DNA of 64,000 bases from assembly GCF_009914755.1 (NCBI RefSeq), contig NC_060927.1; one strand, 5' to 3'. The notes under the pieces were generated by a model. The model was given only the letters and a program-made list of their open reading frames with translations, was not told the origin of the DNA and did no database searches. The position numbers were made by a program, and so were the translations under genes. This document shows positions 14,546 to 28,750 of this stretch, in pieces (within the stretch, counting starts at the first letter, position 1; the number at the start of each line of letters is the position of its first letter). This stretch comes from the human T2T-CHM13v2.0 reference genome, Homo sapiens.

Positions 14546-14796
14546 GGAGTAAATGAACTAAAATTCCAGAGACAGAATAGTCCTTCCTAGATGAGATGTT
14601 GATCATGATCGCCAGCTGTTTTCTTCTCTGGGGGCATTTGCTGGTTTCTCTTCTGCTGGTTTCTTTCTGCTTAATGGCATTAAAATCTCTAGTTGAGACT
14701 TTGTTCTCAGTTCATACCAGGAATTGGCAGAGTTTTGGTGGCTTTGAGGAGCTCCCACAATAGATTAAAAAATACAAAAGCCCAGTTTTTTGTAAT

Positions 14797-15100
14797 TTTC
14801 TTTTCTTTTTTCTTTAAGAGACAAGGTCTCCCTCTGTCACTCTGGCTGAAGCACAGTGGCACTATCATAGCTCACTGCAGCATCCTCAAATTCCTGGGCT
14901 GAAGTAATCCTTCCACCTCAGCCTCTTGAGTAGCTAGCACTACAGGCGCGACACCATACCCAGCTAAGCTTTTTTATTTTTTGTAGAGACAGGGTCTCTC
15001 TGTATTGCCCAGGATTACCTCAAACTCCTGGCTTCCAGTGATCCTTCCACCTTGACCTCTCAATGTGCTGGAATCACAGGCGTGAGCTGCTGTGCCTAGC
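14797..15100 (-). mobile_element. AluJ
   Basis: Diverged Alu with J-type ATCATAGCTCACTGCAG. Confidence 0.85.
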
Positions 15101-16122
15101 AATTTTCTTTTACTATAACATCCTGCTCTGATTTTAGTTTTAGAGTTTACTAGCCTGGTAAGATGAGTTGAAGAGTAGTCATTCTTTTTATATACTACAG
15201 AAAAGTTTTAAAGCATTGAAATTAACTCCTTTATGAAGGCTTGATAGAACTCACTAGTAAAACTGTTGGTGTCTAGTGTTCTCTTTCTGAGGGTATTTTT
15301 ACTGCTTTAATTTCTTTACTAGTTATGTGAGCACTAAAAATTCTTATTCTTGATTGAGTTTTGCTAAGGTATGCTTTTCTCGGAAATTGTTCATTTTGTC
15401 TATGATTTTTTTATTCATTAGCATAAATTTGTTCACAGAGATCTCTTGCTCTCTTCTAAATATCTGTTAATTCTCCAGTGATACCATTTTTCTTTGATTT
15501 ACCATTTTATTATGGATATTTTCAAACATACTCAAAAGCAGAGAGATTAGAGCAAACCGGGATAGTAAGTCAGTTTATAACTATTTTCTATCTTTCCGTT
15601 TTGACTTTTTGGATCACTTTGCACCTGAGATTTTTCTTGGAGATTACATACTAGACTTTTGGTTTTTAATCCAACCTATCTCTGTCTTCTAAGTGGAGCT
15701 CAGATTCTTTTTACCACTTCCTTTTTTCATAAGTTTAAGTTTCTAATTCCATTTTTTTCTATAGTTCTGAAGATTACATACTCTATTTCTATTCATTTAC
15801 TGGTTAACTTTAAGATTTTAATATGCAAACTCCTTTGATCTAAAATTTTTCAACATTTCAAACTTTCTCCCAAATACAAATATGTTACGTTTAACTCTTT
15901 TCATACCCCCTCATCATACATGTTAATTTTTCTAAATATTTATGTTGTATAACAATTTAACTACCCAAATCAAATATGGCATTTATACCATCCAATTTTT
16001 CTTCAGATTTACCTACATATTTCCCAGATATCTTGCTCACCAGTCCTTCTTGAATGTCTGAATTCCAACTTACTTTCTTCTTAGAGAACATCATAGAAAT
16101 GTTGAGATATAATTTACATACT

Positions 16123-16558
16123 ATATTAGTTTCCTAGGACTTCTATAACAGATTACCATAAACTTAGTGACTTCAAACAGTAGAAATTTACTCTCTCACA
16201 GTTGCAGAGTCCAGAAGTTCAAAATCAAGTTGCTGTTAGGGCCAGCCTCCCTCCAGAGGCTCTATGGGAAAATCCTTGCTTGCCTCTTCTAGCTTCTGAT
16301 GACTTCTAGCATTCTTTGGCTTGTGGCAGCATAATTCCAAACTCTGCCTCCATCTTCACAAAGGTCTTTTCTCTGTGTCTCTCAGTGTCTCTTCATTTTA
16401 TAAGGACAGCAGTCACTGAATTTGAGGTGCTAAATCCAGAATAATTTCTTTAGATCTTTATCTAATTGTATCTGCAATGACCCTATTTCCAAATAAGGTC
16501 AGATGCTGGGATTCTAGGTGGGCGTGAATTTTTGCGAGGACACTATTCAACCTCTACA
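16123..16558 (-). mobile_element. MLT1B/C (MaLR) LTR
   Basis: TATTAGTTTCCTAGG...CACTATTCAACCTCTACA. Confidence 0.8.
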
Positions 16559-19447
16559 TGTGCCGTACAATTCACCAATTTGTACAGAGTAAAATGTAAA
16601 ATTCATTTTTTTGTATATTTAGAATTCTGTAACCATCTCCACAATCAATTTCAAAACATTTTCGTTGTCCCTAATAGGAGCCCTGTACTGTCAAATACAT
16701 CTTTTAAAATTTTCTTTAGTGAGAAACTTAGTGGTTGCAAATTTTTTCAGTTTTCCAAGTCTGAAAATATCTTTATTTTGTATTCGTTCTTAAAAATCAA
16801 GCAAAATTTATCATTGTAGGTTGACATTTATTTTCCCTCAGCAGTTTAAATAAATAAAATTCCACCATTTTCTGGATCTGTTATTGCTATTGAGAAGTCT
16901 GACATTAGTCTAATTGTCCTTTCTTTGTAGCATCTATCCTCTTTCTTTGTTTTTAAAACCTTCCCTTTATCTTTAGACTTCTGCAGTTTCACTATGACAC
17001 GTTCAAGTGTGATTAGAATTTGTTGTAATTATCAAATCTTTAGATTTGTATATTTCATCATATTTAAAAAATTAGCCATTATATCTTCATAAATTCCTTC
17101 TTTTTATTTTTTTTCACTCTCCCCTTCTGGAGATAGACCTTGGTAGTGGGGAATCAGATTCCAGTTAGCTCAGCAGATTGCTCTGTTCTGGTCCCATTTT
17201 CCATGCCATCTGAGGGAAAATTCAAAGCGCATGCCCTACTGAGAATAGCGGGTATGTTAAGCCATCTTTCCAGATTAAGAACTGTGTTGCTATATTATAA
17301 ATGAAGAGAAGTGTTCTTTGGAACTGTTGCTTGGCCTATAGATAAATATTTGAGTTTAGCAACTGATCTCTATTGGTTTTTTTCCCTAATCTTCCAGAGT
17401 AAAAGTGTTATAGAAATCCCATCAATCATATTTTGCTGTTTCAAAGAAAACACACAATATTGAGCAATTATTGTAGCCAACATCCCAGTATATAATTCTA
17501 GTTAATTACTGCCAGTTATTATGTTTTTTCCACAATATTTATCTTTCAGTGAGCAAAACTCAGTCTCAGAATAAGACATTATCTTATTCATTATGCCAGA
17601 AATGAATTTCTAAAATACATTATTAAAATAAACTATTACAAATCCAACTGTCTAAATGGAAGCTGTGTCTTTGTCATAAACCTTACTCAGGATACTTGGA
17701 AACTATAATTTGAAAAACAGAAATAAAATATGTCCCAGGGCTATGGTCCATTTGTCAGAACATTTCCACGTACATACTTTAATTTGATCTCTCTACATAA
17801 TAAAAGATATTTACATATGTTTGGCAGAAGTTCTTGCTGTATTAATGTGTTTTTCTTCTCTTTTTTCCAAGAAGGTAGACAGTGTCTTTCTAATATCCTC
17901 TCCTCAGTGTGGTGGCCACTGCCAGGCCTGCCCACAGAAAGCCCTTAAGGAGACTTAAATGGAAAACTCAGATAAGGAGAGAATGTCCCTGTGCTAGCAA
18001 AGCAACAATTTCACGGCCTGGAACCCAGATTTTTGGTCTGGTTCACATGCTTCCTAGAGAAGGTTAAGTATTACCTTTCAAGGTGATATGTTATTTCTGG
18101 GTGCTGATGTGGCTGGAAATACAAAGAACAGCAAGCCCATCCCCAACCTGGCAGGCATTCCCCTTTTCAGGGGCTGCCAAGACCCCTGAGATTGGCTGTG
18201 CCTCTGCCTGATATGAGGGGGAAAGCGAGGAGCTGCACCTACATACTTGTGTCCCTGTCTTTATATGTTTCTGCTTTGCTGCTGTGATGCTTCAGGAGTA
18301 AGCTGAGTCCAAGTTATAGTTCTTACCAATCCTCAAACCCAAATCAGATTCCATTGTCCAGTCCAGATGCTCAGGGATATTTGTAGGGCATGAAGCAAAA
18401 ACTGCTCAAAGGTAATCTTTTGTGAAAGTCTATATCCATTGGAGATATTATGCTAGTTGTCCTGGGGTTTCTTTGAGGGTGAATGTGTGAGTCTGTGTCT
18501 TTGTTGGAGAGTGGGACATGGATGGTCTTGGACAACTGAACGGGAAGAAAGTTCTAGAAGATCTACATCTTGCTCCCTGGGAAGCCCAGGGTGGGTACCA
18601 AGCCCACAGAGGAGTTTTGCTCTACACATGGCACTGAAAACACCGAACTATTGAATTTCAAGAATCTGCAGGTGTTTGTGCCATGAACAGCAACCACATA
18701 GGGCTAGAAATTTGAGACTCTTCCTTCCTTTCCTAAGCACCACATACATCCTCTGTATCATCCTAGATGGAGGAAAGAGCCGTGGTCAGGATTAATACCT
18801 TATTTCTCATCCACTTCTCAGAATAGAGAAACCAGGTCAGGGTTCAAGTTGATTTAGAGAAAATAAAGTAATGGATTATTTCCTCCAGATCTGACTCTGT
18901 GGCTTATGATTAATACTATATACCATACATATTTACAATTTATCTTTCAAGCTGAGTAAAATTTCAAAAATATTATCTATCACTTACTCGTAGTATACAC
19001 ACATACACACACACAAATGCACACATAGGTATGTACACACACAATGGAACACATTTTTCCTTATTCCATTTCTCTTTTGTGTGTTATTTTTCATTTTCCA
19101 AACTCCTAGACTTGTATGGTCTTCCTCCCCATGATTGTGATTCTCCTCTCTATGTTTTTCTCTTCTTTTGCAATATAATCCCTAAAAACCTTTTGCAGAT
19201 GCCTCTTTTCCACCCTGTCCTTCATCTTCACCTTCTTCACCTATCAAGAACCACTGATAACTGGCTCCACTATCATTATCTTTGGCTGTGGGATAGCGCT
19301 GTTGTGCCTCCCCCTTCCGCATTATTTTCTTTTCTTTTCAGGTGATACACTCTTCTTTCCTGCTTTGAAACTTTAAATATTTAACTGGTGGACTGAAAAG
19401 ATGTAGACTTCTTTTGCAAGAAGCTTAGTAATGAAATGAAAGAAACA

Positions 19448-19755
19448 GGCTGGGAGCAGTGGCTCACGCCTGTAATCCAAGCACTTTGGGAGGCTGAGGC
19501 AGATGGATCACTTGAGGTTAGGGGTTCGAGACCAGCCTGACCAACATGGTGAAACCCCATCTCTACTAAATACCAGAAATTAGCCTGGCGTGTGGCACAT
19601 GACTGTAGTGCTAGCTACTCAGGAAGCTGAAGCAGGAGAATTGCCTGAACCTGAGAGGCAGAAGTTGCAGTGAGCCGAGATCATACCACTGCACTCCAGC
19701 CTGGGGGACAGACAGAGACCCTGTCTCAAAAAAACAAACAAAATAAATAAATAAG
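19448..19755 (+). mobile_element. AluS
   Basis: Dimeric Alu with A-rich tail. Confidence 0.92.
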
Positions 19756-21186
19756 TATATAGTTCATTGTAATAGCAAATTGAGAAACAAGATATGTTCA
19801 GCACAGGAAAGACATGAAAATGCTTCTCCTCAGAAGGAAAGAAGTGAGTAGAGCAGGAGGCACTGACTAAGAGAAAGAAATGGATAATTAAAGAGCCAAT
19901 TCCTATGAGAGGCAAGAGGGAGTAATATCAAGGGTAACTTGAAAAAGAAGGGACATTTTAAAATTAGAATAAAGATGAGAATTATTAAATATACAAAAAA
20001 TATTAAATATACATTCTTAAATATACAGAAATATTAAATGCACAAAAAATGTGATGTAAAATTGAAGCAAGTTAATGGGGCTCCTACCACACTTGTCTCA
20101 TTGCTTTCAACAGAGTAGGAGATATTGTCACTGGCTAAGAATGAGCTCAGAGGTTAGCAAGTGGAAAAGGTTTGAAATAACTGGGGAATTCTGAAGAAGT
20201 AACAAAATAATAACAATAGCCACAACAATAAAAATAATAATGGCATTGTAATATAATTATAGACTTCTCTTTTGTCCCTCCAGTTAACCTCAGCTTCTGT
20301 CATATCCTTCACTTCCTCCATTTGTGTTCTTACTTTTAGGGTCTTTGTTCTGTCTGCTGCAAGCCTATTGGCCCCATTCACTTTCCTCTTTCCATCCCTT
20401 GGTTCCTCTATACTCTTTTCCCTCTTTCATTCCTCCTCTACTCACAAAGCCGAGTTCTACTGGTTCCTTTTATCTGCAAGAGCTTTCTTCTCCTTATGTT
20501 CTTGCTATACCTCACATTTAATTTCATCTTCATTCCTCCCCACATCCATTCCAAAATCTGTAACTTCCTTGTATTAATTCCTGAAGCCAAATCTACTGAT
20601 TTTTCCCTTCCTTTCCGGTCCCAAGGACTTTCTCTTTATTATTTGGTAGCTGTTTTCATCTCAGTTATTTCACTTTACCTTCCCTTTTCTACTGCTAGAG
20701 ATAGGCCAGCTCTTCCTACCTCCTCTGCTCCTCCCAGGGCAACCATGAGCATTTTCATAGCTAGTTTTCCTTTCTCAGAGGTTATCACAGTCTCATCTTC
20801 TAAAGAATATACTGTCGTGCTCTTTCTTCCATCCTAAAAGCTCAATACTTGACAAGTAGACAATTTCCCAAGCCACAGTAAAAGTATATTTTAACCTTAA
20901 ACTTCTTCTGCCCTTGCCACGATAGCTTAATTCAAACTGGTTTCCCACCTTTTTTGAGACTAGTGATTTCTTTAAACGAACGCTAGCAGTTCTTATATTC
21001 AGGCTTTCCTTCCCAAAGATAAAGAACAACCTTCATACTTGGTTGACTAAGTGAACTGCTCCATAAATCCTCTAGCATTCTGTAATTTCCTCGCCCCTGA
21101 AACTGGAGGGGAAAAATATAAATCCAGCCTTCAACCCATTTGTGCTTGCTACCTGTGCTCTAACAGACTATTTTCTTAGCCAGATC

Positions 21187-21755
21187 TGTGGCAGAATACA
21201 GATGACCTCAGATTCTCCGGTACTCTTCTCATCAAGAGATGACTGGATCTATGTCCATGTCCCTAGAATGTGAATAAGTTCTGTTCTTGCTTTGACCAAC
21301 AACATGTGGAGGAAATGACGCTGTTTCAGTTTCTGGGCCCAGGCCTTAAAAGACTGACAGTTTCCACTTTATCTCTATTGGAAGAGTCACTCTTGGCACC
21401 CTCAGCTACTGTAAAAATGTCAGTCACCTGATAGAGAGACCAAGTGGAAAAGCCTGAGGCCCACTGGAAAAGAAGGGTTCAACTGAGCCTCGACTTCTAG
21501 CCATACCTAGGAAGGCCTCAGACGTGTTAGTAAAGCCTCCAGGCCAGATCAGCCACTCATAACACTGAGTAACCCCAGTCAATGCCATGTGGAGAAGAAT
21601 CATCCAGCCACTTACCGAAACTTCCAAACAACAAAGGCATATGTATGTGTAAAATTGCATATGTATTTGCATATGTATAGATAATGTCTATATGCAAAAT
21701 TATTATTGTCTGAAACCACAGTTTGGGGGATAATTTGTTATGTAATAATAGATGA
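21187..21755 (+). mobile_element. MLT1G/H-like MaLR LTR
   Basis: TGTGGCAG start, TTCTGGGCCCAGGCCTTAAAAGACTG, TAATTTGTTATGTAATAATAGAT end. Confidence 0.7.
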
Positions 21756-22077
21756 AGGAAGAAGGTCTTATGGGCACACACAAAGGAATGTCACTCATGC
21801 ACAAACAGATAAAGTTCATTTGTTCCTCAATGACCTTAGAATAGAGTATTATCCTCATTTCACAGATCGAAAAAATAGTAAGTGCGCTGTAGAATCAGTA
21901 TAGTATAAGGTTAAGAGGGTGAAGTTTAGAATTAGAGCATCTGGTATCAAAGCCCGCCCTTGTCACTTACCAGTTGTATAACTTTCTGAAACTGAATTGA
22001 GCTTCAGACAGAGTCCAAATGACTATGTTACTTTGAGTTATATACCATTAAAAGTAGAAGGCATCTTATTCATTCTT

Positions 22078-22313
22078 TCTATTTGATAGCACAATAGGGT
22101 GACTATAGTCAATAATAGCTTAATTGTACATTTCAAAATAACTAAAAGAGTGTAATTGGATTGTTTATAACAACAAAGAAGAAGTGTCTGAGGGGGCACA
22201 TATCCCATTCTCTATAATGTGATTATTTCACATTGCATGCCCATATCAAAACATCTCAGGTACCCCATAAATATATATACCTACTATGTACCCACAAAAA
22301 TTAAAAATTAAAA
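22078..22313 (+). mobile_element. L1MA-type 3' end
   Basis: GATAGCACAATAGGGTGACTATAGTC...CTATGTACCCACAAAAATTAAAAATT. Confidence 0.85.
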
Positions 22314-22551
22314 ATCTTGTAGAAAGTAGAAGGGATCTTGGGATCATCTAGTCTAGTGGTTTTAAAACCATGCTGCTTCAGAAACTTGTGTGTGAAATAC
22401 AAAACTGAGGATGTATGCCAGTCACCCGGAGCCAGATTCTAGAACAGCGTGCTCCTCACAAAGAGGAGCAGGAAAGGAAGACCCCTTCTGTGATGCTCAA
22501 AAAAGTGTGTTGTGGGAGCGGGTGGAGGGTTGGCAAGGGGAATTCTTCATG

Positions 22552-22856
22552 CCCCATCTCCCGACAGGCCCCAGTGTGTGTTGTTCTCCTCCTCCGTGTG
22601 TCCATGTGTTCTCATCATTCAACTCATATTTATAATTAAGAACATGTGGTGTTTGGTTTTCTGTTCCTGTGTTCATTTGCTGAGGATATGGCTTCCAATT
22701 CCATCCATGTGCCTGCAAAGGACATGATCTGGTTCTGTTTTATAGTTGCATAGTGTTCCATGGTGTATATGTACCTCATATCTTTATCCATTCTATCATT
22801 GATGGGCATTTGATTGATTACATGTCTTTGCTATTGTTACAGCACTATTCACAATC
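22552..22856 (-). mobile_element. Internal L1PA 3' fragment, no poly(A), with a short inverted piece
   Basis: Antisense L1PA 3' sequence to ~22837, then sense ACAGCACTATTCACAAT. Confidence 0.8.
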
Positions 22857-25641
22857 GGAATTTTCTTAAAAATTATTGCTGCTAAAACAAAATAAACTAA
22901 AATACTAATATTTACTAAATCTATCTTTTAAACTAGCACCCAAACTCCTAATTTCAAAAATGAGGAGAGTGTCAGGGGAAGTGACTTTTGCCTAGAATAC
23001 TCCTGCCCATTCTCTTCAGAAATTCCTGCTCATCCCTCATTTCTCAGACAAGACTTCAATTCCTTCAAAAATATTCCATCCACTTTGCATGTTCATTTCT
23101 GTGACTGTTTCTTTTTCAACTTTTTAATCAAAGTGCTCGCTACTACATTTCACCAATTCTAAGATTCACATTTTTCATATTTTAATATTGCAAAAATGAG
23201 GGTGCATGATTTAATTGATAATATCACCAACCAGTCATGACACAGTTGTGTAAAAACTTTCTACTGGGAGCTTCTGGTGACATCAAAAAAAGGATCAAGG
23301 CATCAGAGATTCATTAAAATGCAGGTTATTTGTGACATAATGATATGCTTAAATGTTTGTTTCTTCTAGTGGACTAAAAGCTACAAAAATGTAGCCATAT
23401 CTTTCTCATTCATTGGTAAAGCTCCAATTTCTGACACATAATACATTCTCAGTGATCATATGTGGCATTGTCCAAGTAGATTTTACTTTCTATTCTCAGA
23501 ATGAAGAAGTTGATAAAACATTTAAATACAAATGACAACAACAATTTTCTTTATAATTAAGTTCTTCATTTCCAATGAGTAAAGGTCTTTTTATAGATTA
23601 GACACAATTACTTTAAGGTTATTTTAGTATTTGACAGAGATAAACACACTATAGCGCAGAGAGACTGGTATCCTCAAACACTGCAAGTGGTTTTATAGAT
23701 TGGTGCCAACTTTTAGAAAGCAATTTTCCAAATTTTATTAATAAGGACTGTTAGTATTGTTTGTTAAAATCTGATTCTGATTAACTTAAGCAAAAAGAAA
23801 GATTAAAGGGATCATTGTTGAAGAAATAATTGAACTACTGAAGGGCTATTCTGTGTGAAAATCCAGGATGGAGGATGCATGCCAGAGTAACCTGGAACCA
23901 GATTCTGCAGCACAGTGCTGCTCACAGAGTGGCAAGGGAGAAAGAGCCCTTCTGTGACACTCAAAACAGTGTGGAGGACATGGAGAATTCTTCTTTAGTG
24001 AATGCCAGCTAATAGAGAAGGAATGGTAAGAATTAGAAAATCACCATTTTATAAACCACAGTTTATAAACTGCTTCAGGCAGGGATCCTCAATTGTTACT
24101 AAAACAATTCCTTGTGATCCTCTTGGAGAAGTCTATATTCATAGATCTAAAGTGTCATCCCCATAAATTCCTTACTAACTATAGAAAAAGAAAATATCTT
24201 TACAATGGGAAAGTGTGGCAGTCAGCACCTTTAGCAGGTAATCAAACCTAGCTTCACCAGTAACAGGACACTAAATATTACTTACCTTTTGATATGATAG
24301 AATAAGAAATACAAAACATCACCTATGGAGTATTTGTAACAAAAATGTCATTTTGCTTTTATAGTGAAAAAAATTTAAGTAGAAAAGGAACTAAAAATGC
24401 ACATTTCCCTTTAAAGTTGCACTAGTCATTACAATATGAAGATTTTCAGTAATTTTATATATTTCCTCCCTGAAAATACATTAACATCTGAAAATATTTG
24501 TCTTCTCTGGCACTTTTCCTCCAAATTCCGTTATTCATCATTATCTGCATATATGCTTTGGAAAAATGTTTGAAACAAAATCCAAATTGGCACTAAACTA
24601 GCCACTTTTACTTTAATAAATAGCAGTAACTAAATAATTTATTGATGTTAAGTGTTCATCTCAAATTACAGTATTTATTTTAGAATGATAGATGTGTGTA
24701 TTTCAGATTCAATGTCTAAATAGTTTGATAAAATTTTTTCTTAAAATGCACCACATGGAGCAATAACTAACCAAGTTATTTTGCACCAATATACCCACTG
24801 ATAACAACTTAAAAAAAAAACTAAATTAAGTATAAAACATGTTTTTTTGAGGCATCAAACAACTAACAAGCCAGTAATAAATTGCAGAGACAAAACCTAG
24901 GATTGAAAGAAAGCTCAGAGAGGTAAGTCTGACATTTGAGACTACTCTTTTCTTACAGGAGTCTGCTGACTTTAAAAGTGGCAGCTAAGAGTCTGAGAAG
25001 CTGAGCATAGCTTTGAGCAGACTACAGAGGCTGCTGGGACAGAAGTTGGGATTCTGGGATTTACCAAGGAAAGATAACCATGACAAAAAAAAAAAAAAAC
25101 AACACAGGGATTTGACTGGGACATGTAAGGGTTGCATCTGGAAGTTAGGGTGAACAAAAAATAGACCAGCACTAACAGAGACTGAAGCCCAGTTTTGAGT
25201 CATTACTGCACACAACTGAATGAATGTTCAGCTAGGACTGCTAGTTCTGACCACTTGTCAGAAACAAAACTAAATCTCTAAAAGAAGATAAAATCTTCCA
25301 CAATCTTAAAATAGCCCTACAAATTTTTACATATACTGTCTAGGACTCAATAAAAAATAACTGAACACATGAGAAGACAACAATTGATAATAAGAAACCA
25401 AAAGAAAAAAAGAAGGCAGACTCCAGATAATGGATTTATTAGATGTAGTTGAAAATAAGTATCAGTAGTGTTTTCAAGGAATTCCAAGTTCAGACTAAGA
25501 ATTTTAGTAAGAATTTTAAAACTATATAAAAAAGAATCTAATAAATGGATTTAAGAACATATTAGACAAAGGTAAAAAGAGAATTAGTGAACTGAAAAGT
25601 AAGTAAAATGTTTCTTATTTTAAATATAGAATATATGAAAT

Positions 25642-26516
25642 ACAGAGGCTCCCCAACCTACAATGGGGTTATGTCCCAATAAACCTATCATAAATTAAAA
25701 CAACTGTAAGTCAAAAATGCATTTAATACACCTAACATACTGAACATCATAGCGTAATTTAGTCCACTATAAATGTGCTCAGAATACTTACATTAAACCC
25801 ACAGTTGGGCAAAATAATCTAACACAAAACATATTTTATAATAAAATACTGTTGAATACTGTACACAGTGTATTAGTCAGTTCTTCTACTGCTATAAAGA
25901 AATACCTGAGATTGGGCAATTTATGAAGAAAAGAGGTTTATTGGATCATGGTTTTTCAGGCTGTACAGGAAGCAAGGCAGCATCTTCTTGGCTTCTGGGG
26001 AGGCCTCAGGAAACTTACAATCATGGCTGAAGGCAAAGTGGGAGCAGGTGTCTTACGTGGCAAGAGCAGGACCATGAGAGTGGGGTGGTGCGACATACTT
26101 TTAAACAACTGGATCTTTCAATAACTCACTCACTCACTATCACAAGAACAGCACTGCGGGGATGGTGCTAAACCATACCCATGATCCAATCACCTCTCAT
26201 CAGACCCTCCAACATTGAGGATTACAATTCGACATGAGATTTGGGCACGGACACAGATCCAAACCATATTACACAGATAAGCATTCTATAGATATGACGG
26301 GATGCAAAAACACAACATTCAAAAAAAGCTGGGGATGCAGTACACCGTTGTTCACCCTTTCTATCATATGGCTTACTGGGAGCCACAGCTTGCTGCCAAC
26401 GCCCAGCAACACGAGAAAGTATCATACCACATATGACTAGACCAGTATCGCTTTTACACCATTGTAAAGTCAAAAAAACCATTAAGTCAAACCATCCTAA
26501 ACTGGGGAGGATCTGT
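25642..26516 (+). mobile_element. MER47/Tigger5-type TcMar-Tigger element split by an MST LTR
   Basis: CAGAGGCTCCCCAACCTACAATGGGGTTATGTCCCAATAAACC start; AACCATCCTAAACTGGGGAGGATCTG end. Confidence 0.7.
25869..26271 (-). mobile_element. MSTA-like solo LTR
   Basis: TGTATTAGTC...CCAAACCATATTA; TSD CACAG at 25864-25868 and 26272-26276. Confidence 0.9.
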
Positions 26517-26655
26517 GTGTGTATCAGCAAGGTCTACCTTATGATTATTTATAATTTCATTAAAAAGGGAGGAGCTAATCTAGCAGAAGCAATATTTGAA
26601 GACATAATGACTAAAAATTATCCAAAATTGACAAAACACATAAGGTCTTTAAAAT

Positions 26656-26973
26656 AGAGCCTGGGAATACTCTAACTTCATTTACTTTAGTAAACTTATA
26701 TACTATTATTTTTATCTATTTTAAATTCCATATGTATTTCCAGCGCCAGAAAACATTATCTTAATTATAATTTTATTATTTATTCAGTTAATATTTATTT
26801 AAATGTACCCACATTATTTCTCCTCTCCACTACTCTTTATTTCTTTGCATATTTTCAAGTTTACATCTGAAATCACTTTTTTTCAAAAAAGACTTTCTTT
26901 TGTATTTCCTTTGGGTGCTCTGCTGGTGATTAATTCTAGTTTTTGTGTGTCTGAACAAAGTCCTTATTTCCTC
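26656..26973 (-). repeat. Inverted copy of L1M sequence at 27449-27762
   Basis: GAGCCTGGGAATACTCTAACTTCATTTACT and AAAGTCCTTATTTCCTC are reverse complements of the two ends of 27449-27762. Confidence 0.75.
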
Positions 26974-27273
26974 CTTACTTAGTTCCTTGTAAAGATTTAA
27001 GAATCCTTACAAATCCCAAGCAGGAAAATAAAACAGAAAGCTAGACATATGTATATAAGTATAAAACTACAAGAAAATACATACAACATGAAAATCTTTA
27101 AAGCAGTAAGAAAAGGTCCAACTACCATCAAAGAAACAACAATGGGACTGGTAACTGATTTTTCAGTGAAAACAGTGGTAGCCTGGAGGCAATGGAATGA
27201 TATCTCCAAAATGCTTTCTTAAAAATGTGGACAACCTAGATAACCAACAAGTATATCCTTCAAAAGTGGACAG

Positions 27274-27445
27274 AGCTGGGCACAGTGGTGTGTGCCTATA
27301 GTCTCATCTACTGAGGAGGCAGTGGTGGGAGAATTCCTTGAGCCCAGGAGTTTGAGGCTGAAGTGTACTATAATCACACTTGTGAATAGCCACTGCACTC
27401 TATCCTGGGCAGCATAGCAAGACTTTGTCTCAAAAGAGAAAAAGT
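27274..27445 (+). mobile_element. FAM (fossil Alu monomer)
   Basis: Monomer containing the 7SL-like GTGAATAGCCACTGCACTC. Confidence 0.8.
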
Positions 27446-28750
27446 AAAGAGGAAATAAGGACTTTTCAAACACACAAACACTAGAATTAATTACGAGCAA
27501 ACCACCCAAAAAGAAATACTAAAGAAAGCCTTTCTTGAAAAAAAGTGATTCCAGATGGAAACTTGAAAATATGGGAAGATATAAACAGTAGTGGAGAGGA
27601 GATACATGTGAACATATTTAAATGATTATTAACTGAATAAATAATAAAATTAAGTAAAAATAATGCTCTATGGGGTTCCAAATACATAGGGAATTAAAGT
27701 ACATAAACAATAGCATATAAATTATGACTGAAGTAAGTGAAGTTAGAGTATTCCAAGGCTCTTGCATTGTTTAGAAAGTGGCAAAAGAACTAATTTATAA
27801 TAGAAATTAATATTCAAAGATGTATATTGTGATCTCTAAGGTAACCACTAAAAGACCAGTAAAAGAATTTATAACTATAAAGATGGCAAAGGGAGAAATG
27901 GAATAATAGAAAAATAATTTATCAGAGAGAAGGCAAAAAAATTGAAAAAGAAAAATAGGACTGATGGGAAATGGGAAAAAAACAAAGTAAATTGTAATAC
28001 AGTGAACTTAACCTCAAATAAATCAGTAATTATATTAAATATAAACAAAGTAAATATTCTAATTAAAAGATAAAGATTGTCAGAGTGGATTAAGAGGGAA
28101 AAAACACTCTAAGCTACCTGCAAGAAACTAACCTTATATATAAATATACAGACATATTAAAAGTAAAAGAATGGAAAAATATATACCATGCAAACACTAA
28201 CAAAAAAAATTACTAGAGGTAAAGAGGAAATTTAATAATGACAAAAGTTTCAATTCACTAAGAAGATGCAATAATTCTAATTTTTATATACTTATAAAAA
28301 GGTCTTAAAATATATAAAACTATTAAACAATAAAAGGTTTTAGAAAATGCAATTTATTAAAATCAGTCAAAAACTAGTGCCTTCTAAATTTTATCACTTT
28401 AGTAACAATGAAAAAACTAATGGAAAAAATCTTATTTAATATTTAAAAGAGAAGAAATACAACTTCAACATTTTGCATTTAAATTCATATATTGCAATCC
28501 ATTCCCATCACACAGGTGACCTGAAAGAAAAAAATCCACAATATGCCAGAATCTCCACAATGCTGCAACCATTTTATTTGCTTAAATATAATGACACCTT
28601 CAAGGGCATCGCTACTCTCTTTTCTTAATTTTAAGAATAAACATATATTTGTAGTCCATGATGTTTAGAATGAGTCCATTTTCATGAATTAAAAGAAAGT
28701 ATATCTTGAGTCTCCTACATGATATTTTCTAAGCCATCACTGAACATCTC

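Larger units (their letters stand above)
24745..28320 (+). mobile_element. Old L1M (5' region to start of ORF2) with nested insertions
   Basis: GCAATATTTGAAGACATAATGAC and AAAAGAATGGAAAAATATATACCATGCAAACACTAA motifs. Confidence 0.65.

Noticed and set aside
17930-18940. Possible ancient LTR-like segment (also ~38740-39270)
   Set aside because: Could not assign a family or boundaries by eye
19981-20050. Short ATTAAATATACA-type minisatellite; also small tandem pairs at 45335-45374 and 58585-58614
   Set aside because: Ordinary slippage repeats with no further structure
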